Below, piece by piece: positions 10,286 to 19,606 of a stretch of 64,000 bases of DNA; the first letter of the stretch is position 1, and each line of letters opens with the position of its first letter. A program made the position numbers and the translations under genes. Source of the stretch: Nitrospirota bacterium. GTDB lineage: Bacteria; Nitrospirota; UBA9217. The stretch is from positions 1,152,001 through 1,216,000 of the forward strand of contig CAWCKW010000012.1 of assembly GCA_963796285.1 (NCBI GenBank), given 5' to 3'. The notes beneath the pieces are model-generated. The model searched no databases and was not told the origin of the DNA. It saw only the letters and a list, made by a program, of their open reading frames with translations.

Positions 10286-11665
10286 TTACCGCGCCCCCAT
10301 TGCTTTCTCGATGGTCGCCTGGTCGATCTTGTAATTGGACAAGGCGCTGGTATAGTTCGCCTGTGCGGCAACATAGGTGGCGAAGGCGTCCGAAACCTCG
10401 ATGGGGCTTCCCACTCCGGCGGAGTATCTGCCGTTTGCCAGGTCCAGGTTCTCCTTTGCCTGCGCGGATGCCAGTTCGGCGGTTGCAATGCTGGCCTCTG
10501 CCGCCTGCAGGTTCAGGTATGCCTGTTGAATATCGAGTTGTATCTGTTGTCTGAGTGACTCTTCGTTTGCCTTCAGTATATAAAAGCTTGACCTTGCCTC
10601 CGCCGCTTGATGAACGGTCAAAAATCCGCTGAACAGGGGTACGGTCAGGAGCACACCGGCATTCCAGCTGTGGTCTAAGTTCGATGTCGTCTCGCCTGCC
10701 CAGTTGTAGTTTGCGAACCCCGATAAGACCGGGTAATAGCCGGACCGTGCCAAACCGATATTTGCCTCCGCGGCCTGCCTTTTCGAGATGATCGACTTCA
10801 GGTCGGGCCTGTTCTCGAAGGCACGCGCCTTTGCCTCTTCCAGGGTTATCGCGAAGTGCTGGAATGAGAGGTTGTCCTCAATGGCATACTCAGGCGCATC
10901 CGGGGTCCCCATGATATTGTTAAGGGTCACCCAGGCCAAGTTAAGCGCGTTCTCGGCATTGATGAGGCTCAGTTTTGCATTACTCAGGTCCACTTCCGCT
11001 TTGATGACGTCGATCCTCGCCTTTGTTCCGACATCATAAAAACCTTTTGCCTGATCGAGGTGCAGTTGAAATTGTTTCAGGACGTCCGCGGCAACATCCC
11101 GGTCCCTCCTGGCCTTCAAGACGCCATAATAGGCCTGCTTTACGCTCAGGATGATAGTATCCTGCGTTGTGGTCAGATCTGAACGGGCAGACTCGAGGTT
11201 ATATTTCGAAATGTCGACCTGCTGAAAGGTCTTCCCGAAATCAAAAATGTTCTGGTTGAGGGTAATGCTGCTCGTATACTGGTCGTACGCCGCCGAGCTG
11301 CCGAAGGTGCTCGTCTGGGATGACAGGGGGTCTATTCTGGTATACGCTCCCGACGCACTGAGCTGCGGGTAGTAGTTTGAACGGGCTTCCCCTACCCTGC
11401 TCTGATTGACGTCAACGCCATATATCGATGCAAGGACGGTCGGATTTTTATTGAGCGCGGTCTCGATGCACTGGTTCAGGGTGAGGAGGGGGACCGGTTT
11501 TGCCGCTCCTGCCGCGGCTATTTCCTGTTCATTGGTCTGTCCCTGGACCGTTGCACCCTCACCGATCGGCTCCGCTTCGGCCGCTGACAGGCGCATGAGC
11601 GTCGTCAGCGACAACAATGACAGGATAGACAGCGCACTCACGATAGCTTTGCATTTTCTGTTCAT
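10286..11665 (-). CDS. TolC-family outer membrane channel
   Basis: Signal peptide and two OEP repeats (RSNYYPQLS, RSGYYPVLS, RYSAGVG). Confidence 0.92.
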   Translation of the reverse strand: MNRKCKAIVSALSILSLLSLTTLMRLSAAEAEPIGEGATVQGQTNEQEIAAAGAAKPVPLLTLNQCIETALNKNPTVLASIYGVDVNQSRVGEARSNYYPQLSASGAYTRIDPLSSQTSTFGSSAAYDQYTSSITLNQNIFDFGKTFQQVDISKYNLESARSDLTTTQDTIILSVKQAYYGVLKARRDRDVAADVLKQFQLHLDQAKGFYDVGTKARIDVIKAEVDLSNAKLSLINAENALNLAWVTLNNIMGTPDAPEYAIEDNLSFQHFAITLEEAKARAFENRPDLKSIISKRQAAEANIGLARSGYYPVLSGFANYNWAGETTSNLDHSWNAGVLLTVPLFSGFLTVHQAAEARSSFYILKANEESLRQQIQLDIQQAYLNLQAAEASIATAELASAQAKENLDLANGRYSAGVGSPIEVSDAFATYVAAQANYTSALSNYKIDQATIEKAMGAR

Positions 11666-11753
11666 AGTGATTCCCCCGGATTACTGGTTAGTGTCCTCTA
11701 TGGGACACAGGATTGCGGAATTGGTTCAATCCACTGGAAAGAAAAAAGATTCC

Positions 11754-12347
11754 CTACTCGTTTTTCATTGTGCCGAACATGAATATATCCACGAACTCTT
11801 TGATGTTCTTTTCCATTGTTTGTTTTTTCATACCGCCTGCCCGCATGATCTCCTCGGAGCGGAAGTAAGAGAACAGCATGCCCAAAAACATCTGGGCCGC
11901 CATCTCCGGAGATATGGTCCGGAGAAGGCCCTTTTTCTGCAGTCCCCTGAAGTAGGATGCGAGGGTCAAACGGAGATCATCGGCGAACTTGTTATAGAGT
12001 TTCTTGATCTTCTCAGGATAGATCGTTCCTTCCGAGTACATGATCTTGACCATTGACTTGCGTTCTTTCAGCGACAGCAAAAATCTGGATGCGATCTGCC
12101 TGAGCGAATCCCCATAGGAAAGACCGTCCAACTCCGGCAACAGTTCCTTCAGCCTCGGCAAAAAGGTGTGGTTCCTCAAAAGCGCTTCAAAAAGCTTTTC
12201 CTTGGTCCCGAAATGCCGGAACAGGGTCAACTCGGTGACCCCCGCTTCCTGGGCGATCTCCCGCGTCGTGGACCCGAGATAGCCTTTTTCCGAGATCAAT
12301 TTGAGCGTTGCGTCCAGCAGCCTCTGTTCTGTTGTGTTTTTCTTCAT
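11754..12347 (-). CDS. TetR/AcrR-family regulator
   Basis: [30 protein letters not shown]. First gene of the efflux operon. Confidence 0.95.
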   Translation of the reverse strand: MKKNTTEQRLLDATLKLISEKGYLGSTTREIAQEAGVTELTLFRHFGTKEKLFEALLRNHTFLPRLKELLPELDGLSYGDSLRQIASRFLLSLKERKSMVKIMYSEGTIYPEKIKKLYNKFADDLRLTLASYFRGLQKKGLLRTISPEMAAQMFLGMLFSYFRSEEIMRAGGMKKQTMEKNIKEFVDIFMFGTMKNE

Positions 12348-12348
12348 A

Positions 12349-12394
12349 AATGTAAGCAGGCACTTACATTACATCAGAACCGGAGGAAAGTCAA
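12349..12394 (-). promoter_or_regulatory. efflux operon promoter with overlapping palindromic TetR operator
   Basis: Minus strand TTGACT-17-TAATGT. Perfect inverted repeat AATGTAAG-6-CTTACATT (12349-12370) overlaps the -10 and start region. Confidence 0.75.
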
Positions 12395-12422
12395 GCGTCC
12401 GCCTTGATCCGGCATTTTTCCC

Positions 12423-12451
12423 TTGCATGGTTCACGGTCTTGTGGTATCGT
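12423..12451 (+). promoter_or_regulatory. sigma70-like promoter of rpmB
   Basis: TTGCAT-17-TATCGT with extended TG. Confidence 0.5.
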
Positions 12452-12493
12452 ATGCCTGCTTTTAATAACTTGCAGGTAATGGAGGACTTTACA

Positions 12494-12688
12494 GTGGCGG
12501 GTACGTGTGATATTTGCGGAAAGGGCAAGCTCAGCGGAAACAAAGTGAGCCATGCCAATAACAGATCCAAGAAGTTTTCAAAGCCGAATTTGCAACCGAT
12601 CAGGGCAGAGGCGGCCAATGGTTCGCATGTGCGCATGCATGTCTGTACGCGGTGCATTCGATCGGGCAAAGTAAAGAAAGTAAGCTAG
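12494..12688 (+). CDS. rpmB: 50S ribosomal protein L28 (Zn-ribbon form)
   Basis: GGAGG SD then GTG start. CDICGK...GNKVSHANN...PNLQ...CTRCIRSGK. Confidence 0.95.
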   Translation: MAGTCDICGKGKLSGNKVSHANNRSKKFSKPNLQPIRAEAANGSHVRMHVCTRCIRSGKVKKVS

Positions 12689-12708
12689 CTTCCAATTATC
12701 TTCAACGC

Positions 12709-12739
12709 AATCCCCTGCTTCAATTGAAGCAGGGGATTA
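12709..12739 (+). terminator. hairpin terminator after rpmB
   Basis: AATCCCCTGCTTCAATTGAAGCAGGGGATT inverted repeat. Confidence 0.75.
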
Positions 12740-12912
12740 TTAATCCCTGAACTACTCTCCAGCAACTCACATCATCGTCAAATAATATTGAGCCGGTGAA
12801 GATGCCCTATCCTTAGATCATATCCAATAATACACTGTTATTCCTTATTTTTTTACAAACAGATACTATTAAAATTGCAATAAATAAAATATGTTAAATT
12901 ATGATTTTTAGG

Positions 12913-12941
12913 TTGACACTAATCGAACCTGGGACTATATT
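12913..12941 (+). promoter_or_regulatory. near-consensus sigma70 promoter of the beta-propeller gene
   Basis: TTGACA-17-TATATT preceded by a very AT-rich UP-like region. Confidence 0.7.
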
Positions 12942-13148
12942 ATTATTCTTAGGAATAAAATGGTATTTGAATTTTAGTATTATTAAACAAGGCATCTCAC
13001 GTCAGACACTAGCTCCCGTACTCTTTTTTAAGGGACAAGGAGGTGAATACTCAGAGATTAGATGATAATTAAGGATGCGATAACAATAATCTGTATGTTT
13101 CACCTGAGCACCTAAGTGCTCGGAACTATTTAACATGGGAGGGATCAG

Positions 13149-14235
13149 ATGAAAAAGATTCTGGTGATCAGTTTGGTAGTGATGAGTGCTTTTGGGCTCT
13201 TCCTGGGCCTGTCACAGAGCGCAGTGGTGGAGGCAGCAGATGTTAGTGTTGTTACTGTGAAAGTAGTGCCGGCAGCCAAAATACCGACCTTTGACGCGAC
13301 GGCCTATATCGCCGGCCATGGCGGTCACATCGCGATCATCAATATGAAGACCATGAAGCCCCCGATGGACGTGGAAAAGGACCGGATCGTCCTTTCCGAG
13401 GCCGGTTCCGAGATGGAAGGCAAGATCGCGGGCATGAGCTTTGAAGAAGTGAAGAAGGCCGGCGGGACCCACGGCCAGTCCATCGTCACCGAAAAAGGCA
13501 AGAAGATCCTTGTTGCCGGAACACTGGCGGGAAACATATACAAGATAGACCTGGCAACAATGAAGAAGGAAGGCCCCTTCAAGGTCGGCGAGAAGTTCTG
13601 CGGCGCGATCGCAGGACCCGATGGAAACATATACTTCGAGGATATGGCGGACGGAAATGTCTATGTCTGGGATGCAAAGACGCTGAAAACCGTTGACAAG
13701 ATGCCGGTGGGCAAGGCGGTGTGCGGTATCCAGTGGACCAAGAACGGCAAGAAGGCCTATATTTCCGACATGCCGCAGGGTATCGTCTTTGTGTATGATT
13801 GGAAGACGAAAAAAGAGATCAAACAGATCACGAGCCCCGAGATGACATTCCTCCATCAGATCAGAATGACAGCCGGACGGCAAATACCTCTGGGTCAGCG
13901 CCCCGAACGAATTTGATCCGGGTCTCAAGCCGGGCACGCACAAGAGCCAGGTCATCATAATCGATACGAAAACTGACACGATCGTCAAGCGCCTCGTCCT
14001 TCCCGATGATGTGCGGCCGCATGATTTTGCATTTACCCCGGACGGCAAGTATGCGTTCCTTTCATCAAGGACCTATGGTGACGACAGCACGCTGAACGTC
14101 ATGGACATGAAGAACTACGATCTCGTTGGCAAAGTGTCCGCCTGCGCCGGCTGCCACAAGGCGAATGGCGTAGAAGTCAAGATCGACAAGGGTTCTCCGC
14201 TCCTCTGCGGCATCGAAGTCGACTGGCATAAGTAG
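13149..14235 (+). CDS. secreted YncE/YVTN-like beta-propeller protein with one CxxCH heme-c motif (frameshift near 13872)
   Basis: Signal peptide and repeats such as TPDGKY and WTKNGKKAY. Removing one base joins ORFs 13149..13916 and 14011..14235 (RMTPDGKYLWVSAPNE...). C-terminal CAGCH. Confidence 0.85.
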
Positions 14236-14266
14236 ACCGACCTGTAGTCCGTCAAGTTCGGTATCG

Positions 14267-14303
14267 GCCGGAGGCATGTTTCACCTGCCTCCGGCTTCTT
14301 CTT
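14267..14303 (+). terminator. intrinsic terminator
   Basis: GCCGGAGGCA-loop-TGCCTCCGGC followed by TTCTTCTTT. Confidence 0.8.
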
Positions 14304-14353
14304 TCCCTATTCCATAAAACCGCCGACGCATTTACAATCTGCTTGCATACTTG

Positions 14354-14409
14354 TTGTCTAATTAGGTTGTCTCTAATTAGTTTACTGCCTGCTCATCTTC
14401 TGGTATAAT
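14354..14409 (+). promoter_or_regulatory. promoter of the ABC/NosL operon with upstream repeated palindrome
   Basis: TTTACT-17-TATAAT with extended TG. CTAATTAG occurs twice (14358-14365, 14373-14380). Confidence 0.55.
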
Positions 14410-14459
14410 AAGTATGAATCGTTACTAAATCCACTATGAAGGAATAATCGTCTCTCGCT

Positions 14460-15659
14460 ATGAACATTCCTTATGTTGCTCTGAAAAATCTCAGAAGAAA
14501 ACTGACCCGGACGTGGCTTTTATTTTCCATTGTCGCGGTCGTATCCTGCACCCTCTTCTCGGCCACGCTCTTTCTGAAAAGCATCAATAATGCCCTGAGG
14601 ATCGGTACGTATCGCCTCGGCGCCGATATCCTGGTCGTTCCCGAGAGCGCGGAGGACAAGGCGAAATGCGCGCTGCTTTCCGGCGAGCCTACCCAATTCC
14701 TGATGGACAGGTCCGTTCTCGACCGGGTCAAGGCCATCGAAGGCATCAAGAGCGCAACACCCCAGCTTGTTCATCAAACCGACCAGCTTTACCTGCTGCT
14801 TCAATGTGGACGTGTTCCTCGTGGCCTTCGATCCCGACACCGATTTCACGGTCAAACCCTGGCTTGAAAAGAACCTCAACCGGAAGCTCGGCATCAATGA
14901 GATCATCACCGGCAGGAACGTCCCGGTGATCGTAGGAGACAAGATCCCCTTTTTCGGCACAACTTTCACGGTTGCAGGGACCATGGAAGCGACGGGGATG
15001 GATTTCTTCGACCGTGCCGTCTTCATGAGCCTCGACTGCAGCGTACAAGATGGCGGAAAATTCAAAAACCAAGGCGATCCAGCCCATAGAGATCGGCAGG
15101 GACCAGATATCCACCGTCCTCGTACAGGTAAAAGATGACATTACCCCGGACCGCGTCGCAATCCGGATCGAACATGACATCAGCGGTGTCAAGGCGCTGG
15201 TTTCGGACACCATCATCAGCACGGTGCGGAAACAGCTTTCCGGCCTTATCAAAGCGATCTTGATCATCAGCATCATCCTCTGGTTCATCGTCCTCCTGAT
15301 CATGGCGTTTGCCTTTTATATGATCGTGAACGAACGCCGCAGGGAGATCGGCATCTTGCGCGCTATGGGAGCGAACAGGGGGCATATAGCCGCCATTATA
15401 CTGAACGAAGCCACGTTCTGCTTTCGGCCACGGGCGGCGCGGTGGGGATCGTCCTCGGATACGTGTTGCTCATCAGTTTCAAGAACCTGATGCTCCACTA
15501 CCTCAAACTCCCCTATCTCTTCCCCGCCACGCCGGAGTTGATCCTGCTGACTGTCGGAGCGCTCATTGTTTCCATCGTCACCGGCCTCATTGCCGCGTTC
15601 CTGCCGTCATCGCGCTCCTGAAAGTGGAGCCCTACGAAGCGATCAGGAGCGCGGAATGA
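14460..15659 (+). CDS. MacB/FtsX-family ABC permease with periplasmic Cys-Cys motif (several frameshifts)
   Basis: ALKNLRRK, RLGADILVVP, SFTCCFN, VNERRREIGILRAMGA, EPYEAIRSAE across frames. Confidence 0.85.
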
Positions 15660-16255
15660 AGCCCATTATTTTCATCCTTTTCATGACGTCCTTTCTGTTC
15701 TTCTCCTGCACTAAAAACAAGGAGGAGGCGACTCCTCCTGTCGACACGGAAAAGAACCTTTTCGAGGAACTCAAGGACCAGACCGTCAAGAATCCCAAGG
15801 ATGCAGAGGCATGGTACCATCTCTCAGATCTCTATGAACGCTCAGAGGCATATACAGCGAAGAGGTGAATGCCCTTCAAAAGGTCATTGCCATCGACCCG
15901 CAGCGTGGATACGCCTACGTGAAACTGGGGAATGCGTACAGCAGGCTAGGACAATATCAGGAGGGCCTTACCAGTTACCGGAAGGCGATCAAGTTCTTTC
16001 CCAAGAATCCCGTGCTCTATAACAACATGGCGATTGCCTACGGCAAGCTCGGTAAAACAGACGAAGAGATACGTGACCCTTAAAAAAGCCATCGCCCTGC
16101 GGCCGCACTACTCAACCGCCAGGTACAATCTCGGCTTTGCGCTGCTCAAAAAGGGGAAACGTGCCCAAGCGCTCAACCAATACCATGAACTCGATAAATT
16201 TGACGCGGGGGTTGCAGCAGCCCTCAAAAAAGAGATCGACGAAACGGGAAAATAA
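15656..16255 (+). CDS. TPR-repeat lipoprotein (frameshifted)
   Basis: MKPIIFILFMTSFLFFSC lipobox. TPR motifs AEAWYHL, AYVKLGNAY, LYNNMAIAY, ARYNLGFAL. Confidence 0.85.
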
Positions 16256-16256
16256 G

Positions 16257-16668
16257 ATGATACGACGATTGCTGTTCACGGGAATAGCCCTGGCGCTCAT
16301 CCGTGATGTCCCTGACGCCTGCTCGTTGCAGAGGACATCAGATGTACTGAATGCGGTATGATGGTCCAGATGGATTCAAAATTCACTTCAAAGATCACCC
16401 AGGGAGAGACGACCCTCTATTTCTGCGATATCGGGGACCTGTTCACATATCTGAAGAAGACATAATATGAAAGAGGCCAGGGCCGCGGTCAAGGATTACA
16501 CGACCGGGGAATGGATCGATGCCCGCAAGGCGTACTTATGTCAATACAAAACGAAATTCAGGACACCCATGGGCATGGGGCATTGCCGCATTTAAGGACA
16601 AGAAGCGAGGCCTCGAAAGCCGGCAGCAATACTGGATTTCGACGCGAACGGCAAAGGCATTGAAATGA
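16257..16668 (+). CDS. nosL: NosL-family periplasmic copper chaperone (multiple frameshifts)
   Basis: Manual translation: signal peptide, CTECGM, YFCDIGDLF, VKDYTTGEWIDARKAY, TPMG, AAFKDK. Confidence 0.8.
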
Positions 16669-17074
16669 GGAAGCTTGATCGCGATCACGGCGCTCGCAGG
16701 CGGGATCCTTTTTTGCTGGTGCCTCAGGTACATTCTTCCTGCCTGCGAATATGTAGGGTTTCCCGCGCATGCACTGTTCTGATACGGCCCAGGCGGAATG
16801 GGTGGTCGGCACAGTGCTGATCGTGGTTTCCTGCATCGACCTTCTTCATGAAATCGGCAAAAGATGCCGCTGGCCGGTGCCATTCTATCATTCTCGTGTT
16901 CGGCTCGCTTACTGGCTTCCGGACAAATATCGGGTATTGCCAGAGCCCGCGGATGCCCTGTCATTACGGCATGGTGCCTGGGGTCAGGTTTATCGCCGTC
17001 CTCGGCATCCTGATCATGATCGGCGCGGTTTTCAGCATCGCAAAGGATCATACGGAAAGAAAGGAAAATCATGA
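16665..17074 (+). CDS. DUF4418-like Cys/Met/His membrane protein (frameshifted)
   Basis: ILPACEYVGFPRMHC and IGYCQSPRMPCH motifs between hydrophobic helices. ATG overlaps the nosL stop. Confidence 0.7.
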
Positions 17075-17772
17075 TCGAACTGAAAGGATTATCGAAAACC
17101 TACACAATATCCGGGAAAAGCATCAAGGCGGTCCAGCCGATGATCTTACGCATCCAGCAGGGAGAATTCGTCTCCATCGTCGGACACTCAGGAAGCGGCA
17201 AGAGCACCTTTCTGAGCCTTATCGGCGGCATTGCGCGGCCCGACACCGGCACGGTCACCATCGATGGAACGAATATCTGGAACATACAACGATCAGGAAC
17301 TGTTCAAAGCTCAGGAACGAGAAGTTCGGTTTCGTGTACCAGTTCGCGAGCCTTATCCCGACGCTGACCGCGATGGAGAATGTTCTCCTCCCTACGGTGT
17401 TCGGCGGAAAGAAGATCAACGGACGATGCGGTACGGCTGCTCAAGCTCGTGGGACTCGGCGAAAAAACCGACCGGTATCCGTCCGAGCTCTGCGGAGGCG
17501 AGCAGCAGCGCGTTGCGATCGCCCGCGCCTTCATCCATGACCCGGAGATCATTCTTGCGGACGAGCCCACGGGGGACCTAGACGAGGAGACGGAAGCGGA
17601 GATCATGGCGTTTTTCGAAAAGATCAATAAAGAGAAGAAGGTTACCATGATCATGGTGACCCACAGCTCCGAAATCGCGCTCCGCGCCGGCACGCGATAC
17701 CGCATGAAACAGGGCGTTCTTGATACAGCTGAATTGAAACCATCTCGATCATCCAATTCAATGAATGCGTAA
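17071..17772 (+). CDS. LolD/MacB-type ABC ATP-binding protein (frameshifted)
   Basis: GHSGSGKST, FGFVYQF, GGEQQRVAIARAF, ILADEPTGDLD. Confidence 0.9.
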
Positions 17773-17811
17773 CGAACAACGGCGGCCTTGCGGGCCGCCG
17801 TTGTTCGTTAC
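17769..17811. terminator. bidirectional hairpin between convergent operons
   Basis: 19-bp perfect stem GTAACGAACAACGGCGGCC / GGCCGCCGTTGTTCGTTAC. Confidence 0.8.
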
Positions 17812-17834
17812 CTGAACTCTATCGTCGTTGTCAG

Positions 17835-18542
17835 CTATTTCTTCTTCTTATCTCCGAACAGATAATCGTACTCCGCCGGATGATGGTGTTTGAGCTGCTC
17901 GGTCGTCATTTTCCCGGTGATCCACATCCAGTTCATCGGGAACACCTCGGAACGCAGGTGCTCATTGTAGAAATGGAAAATGAGGATGAACACGATGGCA
18001 AGAAGCGCCTCGTCACTGTGCATGGCGAAGACGACGTCCCAGATCCACCCGAGTGTAAATGTCGGGAACAAGTAAGACACCGTCACCGGGAATGCTAGGA
18101 AAAAACCGGATGCCCCGATGATGAACATGCCCCAATACACAGCCCAGTAGTCGAACTTCTGCATATAGCTGAATTTGCCGAAATAGGGTTTTTCCTTCCT
18201 GATGCCGAAGAAATACATGAAATTATGGAACGCATCCACCACGTCCTTGGGCATGGGAACGAGGGTAAGCCTGAACCCTCCCTTGCGCGCCTGGTTCACG
18301 AGGTAGAACTGGTGGTAGATGAAATCGAGCAGCATCGTGATGCCCGCCACCCGGTGAATGATCCCCGCCATCTTCGCGCCGCCCCAGAAACTGATCCAGG
18401 CGCTTGCCGGGTCCTGGTACGCGTACTTGAGCCCCCAACCGGTAAAGGACAGGAGCAAGAAGGTCGTGAACATGATGACGTGCTGGATCCTTGCCGAGAG
18501 GTCGAACCTCTCTATCTCCTTGGGTATATCCTGACTATTCAT
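17835..18542 (-). CDS. membrane di-heme cytochrome b (FdnI/CbcL C-terminal type)
   Basis: RIQH, IHRVAG, KFSYMQKFDYWAVYWG, HSDEALLA, FHFYNEH, HHPAEY. Start MNSQD overlaps the upstream gene. Confidence 0.88.
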   Translation of the reverse strand: MNSQDIPKEIERFDLSARIQHVIMFTTFLLLSFTGWGLKYAYQDPASAWISFWGGAKMAGIIHRVAGITMLLDFIYHQFYLVNQARKGGFRLTLVPMPKDVVDAFHNFMYFFGIRKEKPYFGKFSYMQKFDYWAVYWGMFIIGASGFFLAFPVTVSYLFPTFTLGWIWDVVFAMHSDEALLAIVFILIFHFYNEHLRSEVFPMNWMWITGKMTTEQLKHHHPAEYDYLFGDKKKK

Positions 18543-19437
18543 GCTTGCCTCCCTTCCTGAACAAACGCTCACGGATGTCCGCGAAAATGTCCAAAAGCAC
18601 ATGGATACAAATGAACGCAAACACGCTCATGGTGAGAACGATCAATGCAAGCTCGGTAAAATGCGCGATGGGATGAAGCGGCTGGTGGGTAATCGCAGCA
18701 ACGAATTTTTCCGTGGCGCCCGCATGACATTTCCCACAAGTCTTTATCTTATTCGCACCAAAGACCGGTGACGATGGGTCTTTGACATCTTTAATATCGT
18801 GAGAACCATGGCAATTGACGCATGACGGAGCACCGGCATGGCCGACTTTCAGCTTTCTGCCATGGAAGCTTTCTTTGTAGCGCTCCATGACGTGGGGAGT
18901 CAGTCCATATTTCTCGGACATCATCTTCTCTTCGTGACAGGTGCCGCAGGTCTGTACCACATTGAAGTGATTCACTGCCGATTCTTTGCTCGTCTTCGGC
19001 TGGATGTAGTGCGGCGATCCATGGCAGCTGGTACAGACCGGGCCATCACTCGATTTTTTGATGATCACATTCCGCCCATGTACGCTCTCTTTATAGGCGG
19101 CATAGATGTCCGGATGACAGGTCACGCAGGCCGCCTGTGCGATCGGCTCTTTCAGGCCCTTCGGCGAGAGCGCGGCTGCAAGCGCCTGAACAGCACTGTC
19201 CGGCTTTCCTCCCGCCAACCCCTGATGTTGCGAACCCTTCAGGGTCAGGTGGCACATGAGGCAATCATTCATCCCGCCGTGAACAGACTTAGAGAATTTT
19301 TCCTGGTCCACATTGACGGCCCCCTCCATCGAGCCGTGACAACCCAGACATGTTGCCGCATCCGTAGCTGCGCCGGCTGCCGGTGTCAATCCAAAGGTGA
19401 ACAACAACATCAGTAATGCACTCAGCCAATTCCCCAT
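18535..19437 (-). CDS. heptaheme periplasmic cytochrome c with C-terminal membrane anchor
   Basis: Seven CxxCH (CLGCH, CLMCH, CVTCH, CTSCH, CGTCH, CVNCH, CGKCH), SVHG/SFHG repeats, signal peptide, C-terminal TM helix with His. Confidence 0.92.
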   Translation of the reverse strand: MGNWLSALLMLLFTFGLTPAAGAATDAATCLGCHGSMEGAVNVDQEKFSKSVHGGMNDCLMCHLTLKGSQHQGLAGGKPDSAVQALAAALSPKGLKEPIAQAACVTCHPDIYAAYKESVHGRNVIIKKSSDGPVCTSCHGSPHYIQPKTSKESAVNHFNVVQTCGTCHEEKMMSEKYGLTPHVMERYKESFHGRKLKVGHAGAPSCVNCHGSHDIKDVKDPSSPVFGANKIKTCGKCHAGATEKFVAAITHQPLHPIAHFTELALIVLTMSVFAFICIHVLLDIFADIRERLFRKGGKHE

Positions 19438-19606
19438 ACCTTCTCCTTTCATCTAGTTGAAATAGTATATAAATCCGGTCATTATTCTGCAGGTACCATG
19501 CCAAAACTAACCTGTTGTTTTTATAATGCTTCAGGTGCAATAAGTTTTCGCAATAATGAGAACTCAGCAAGTATTATTTCACATTTGCGAACAACGTGGC
19601 TATCGA

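Noticed and set aside
13010-13046. Moco riboswitch call
   Set aside because: Only the 3' segment resembles it, the 5' elements are missing, and no Mo-related genes follow.
13149-14235. Calling the propeller NosZ or NirS
   Set aside because: It is too short, with no CuA cupredoxin domain, no N-terminal cytochrome c domain, and no nosD or heme d1 genes.
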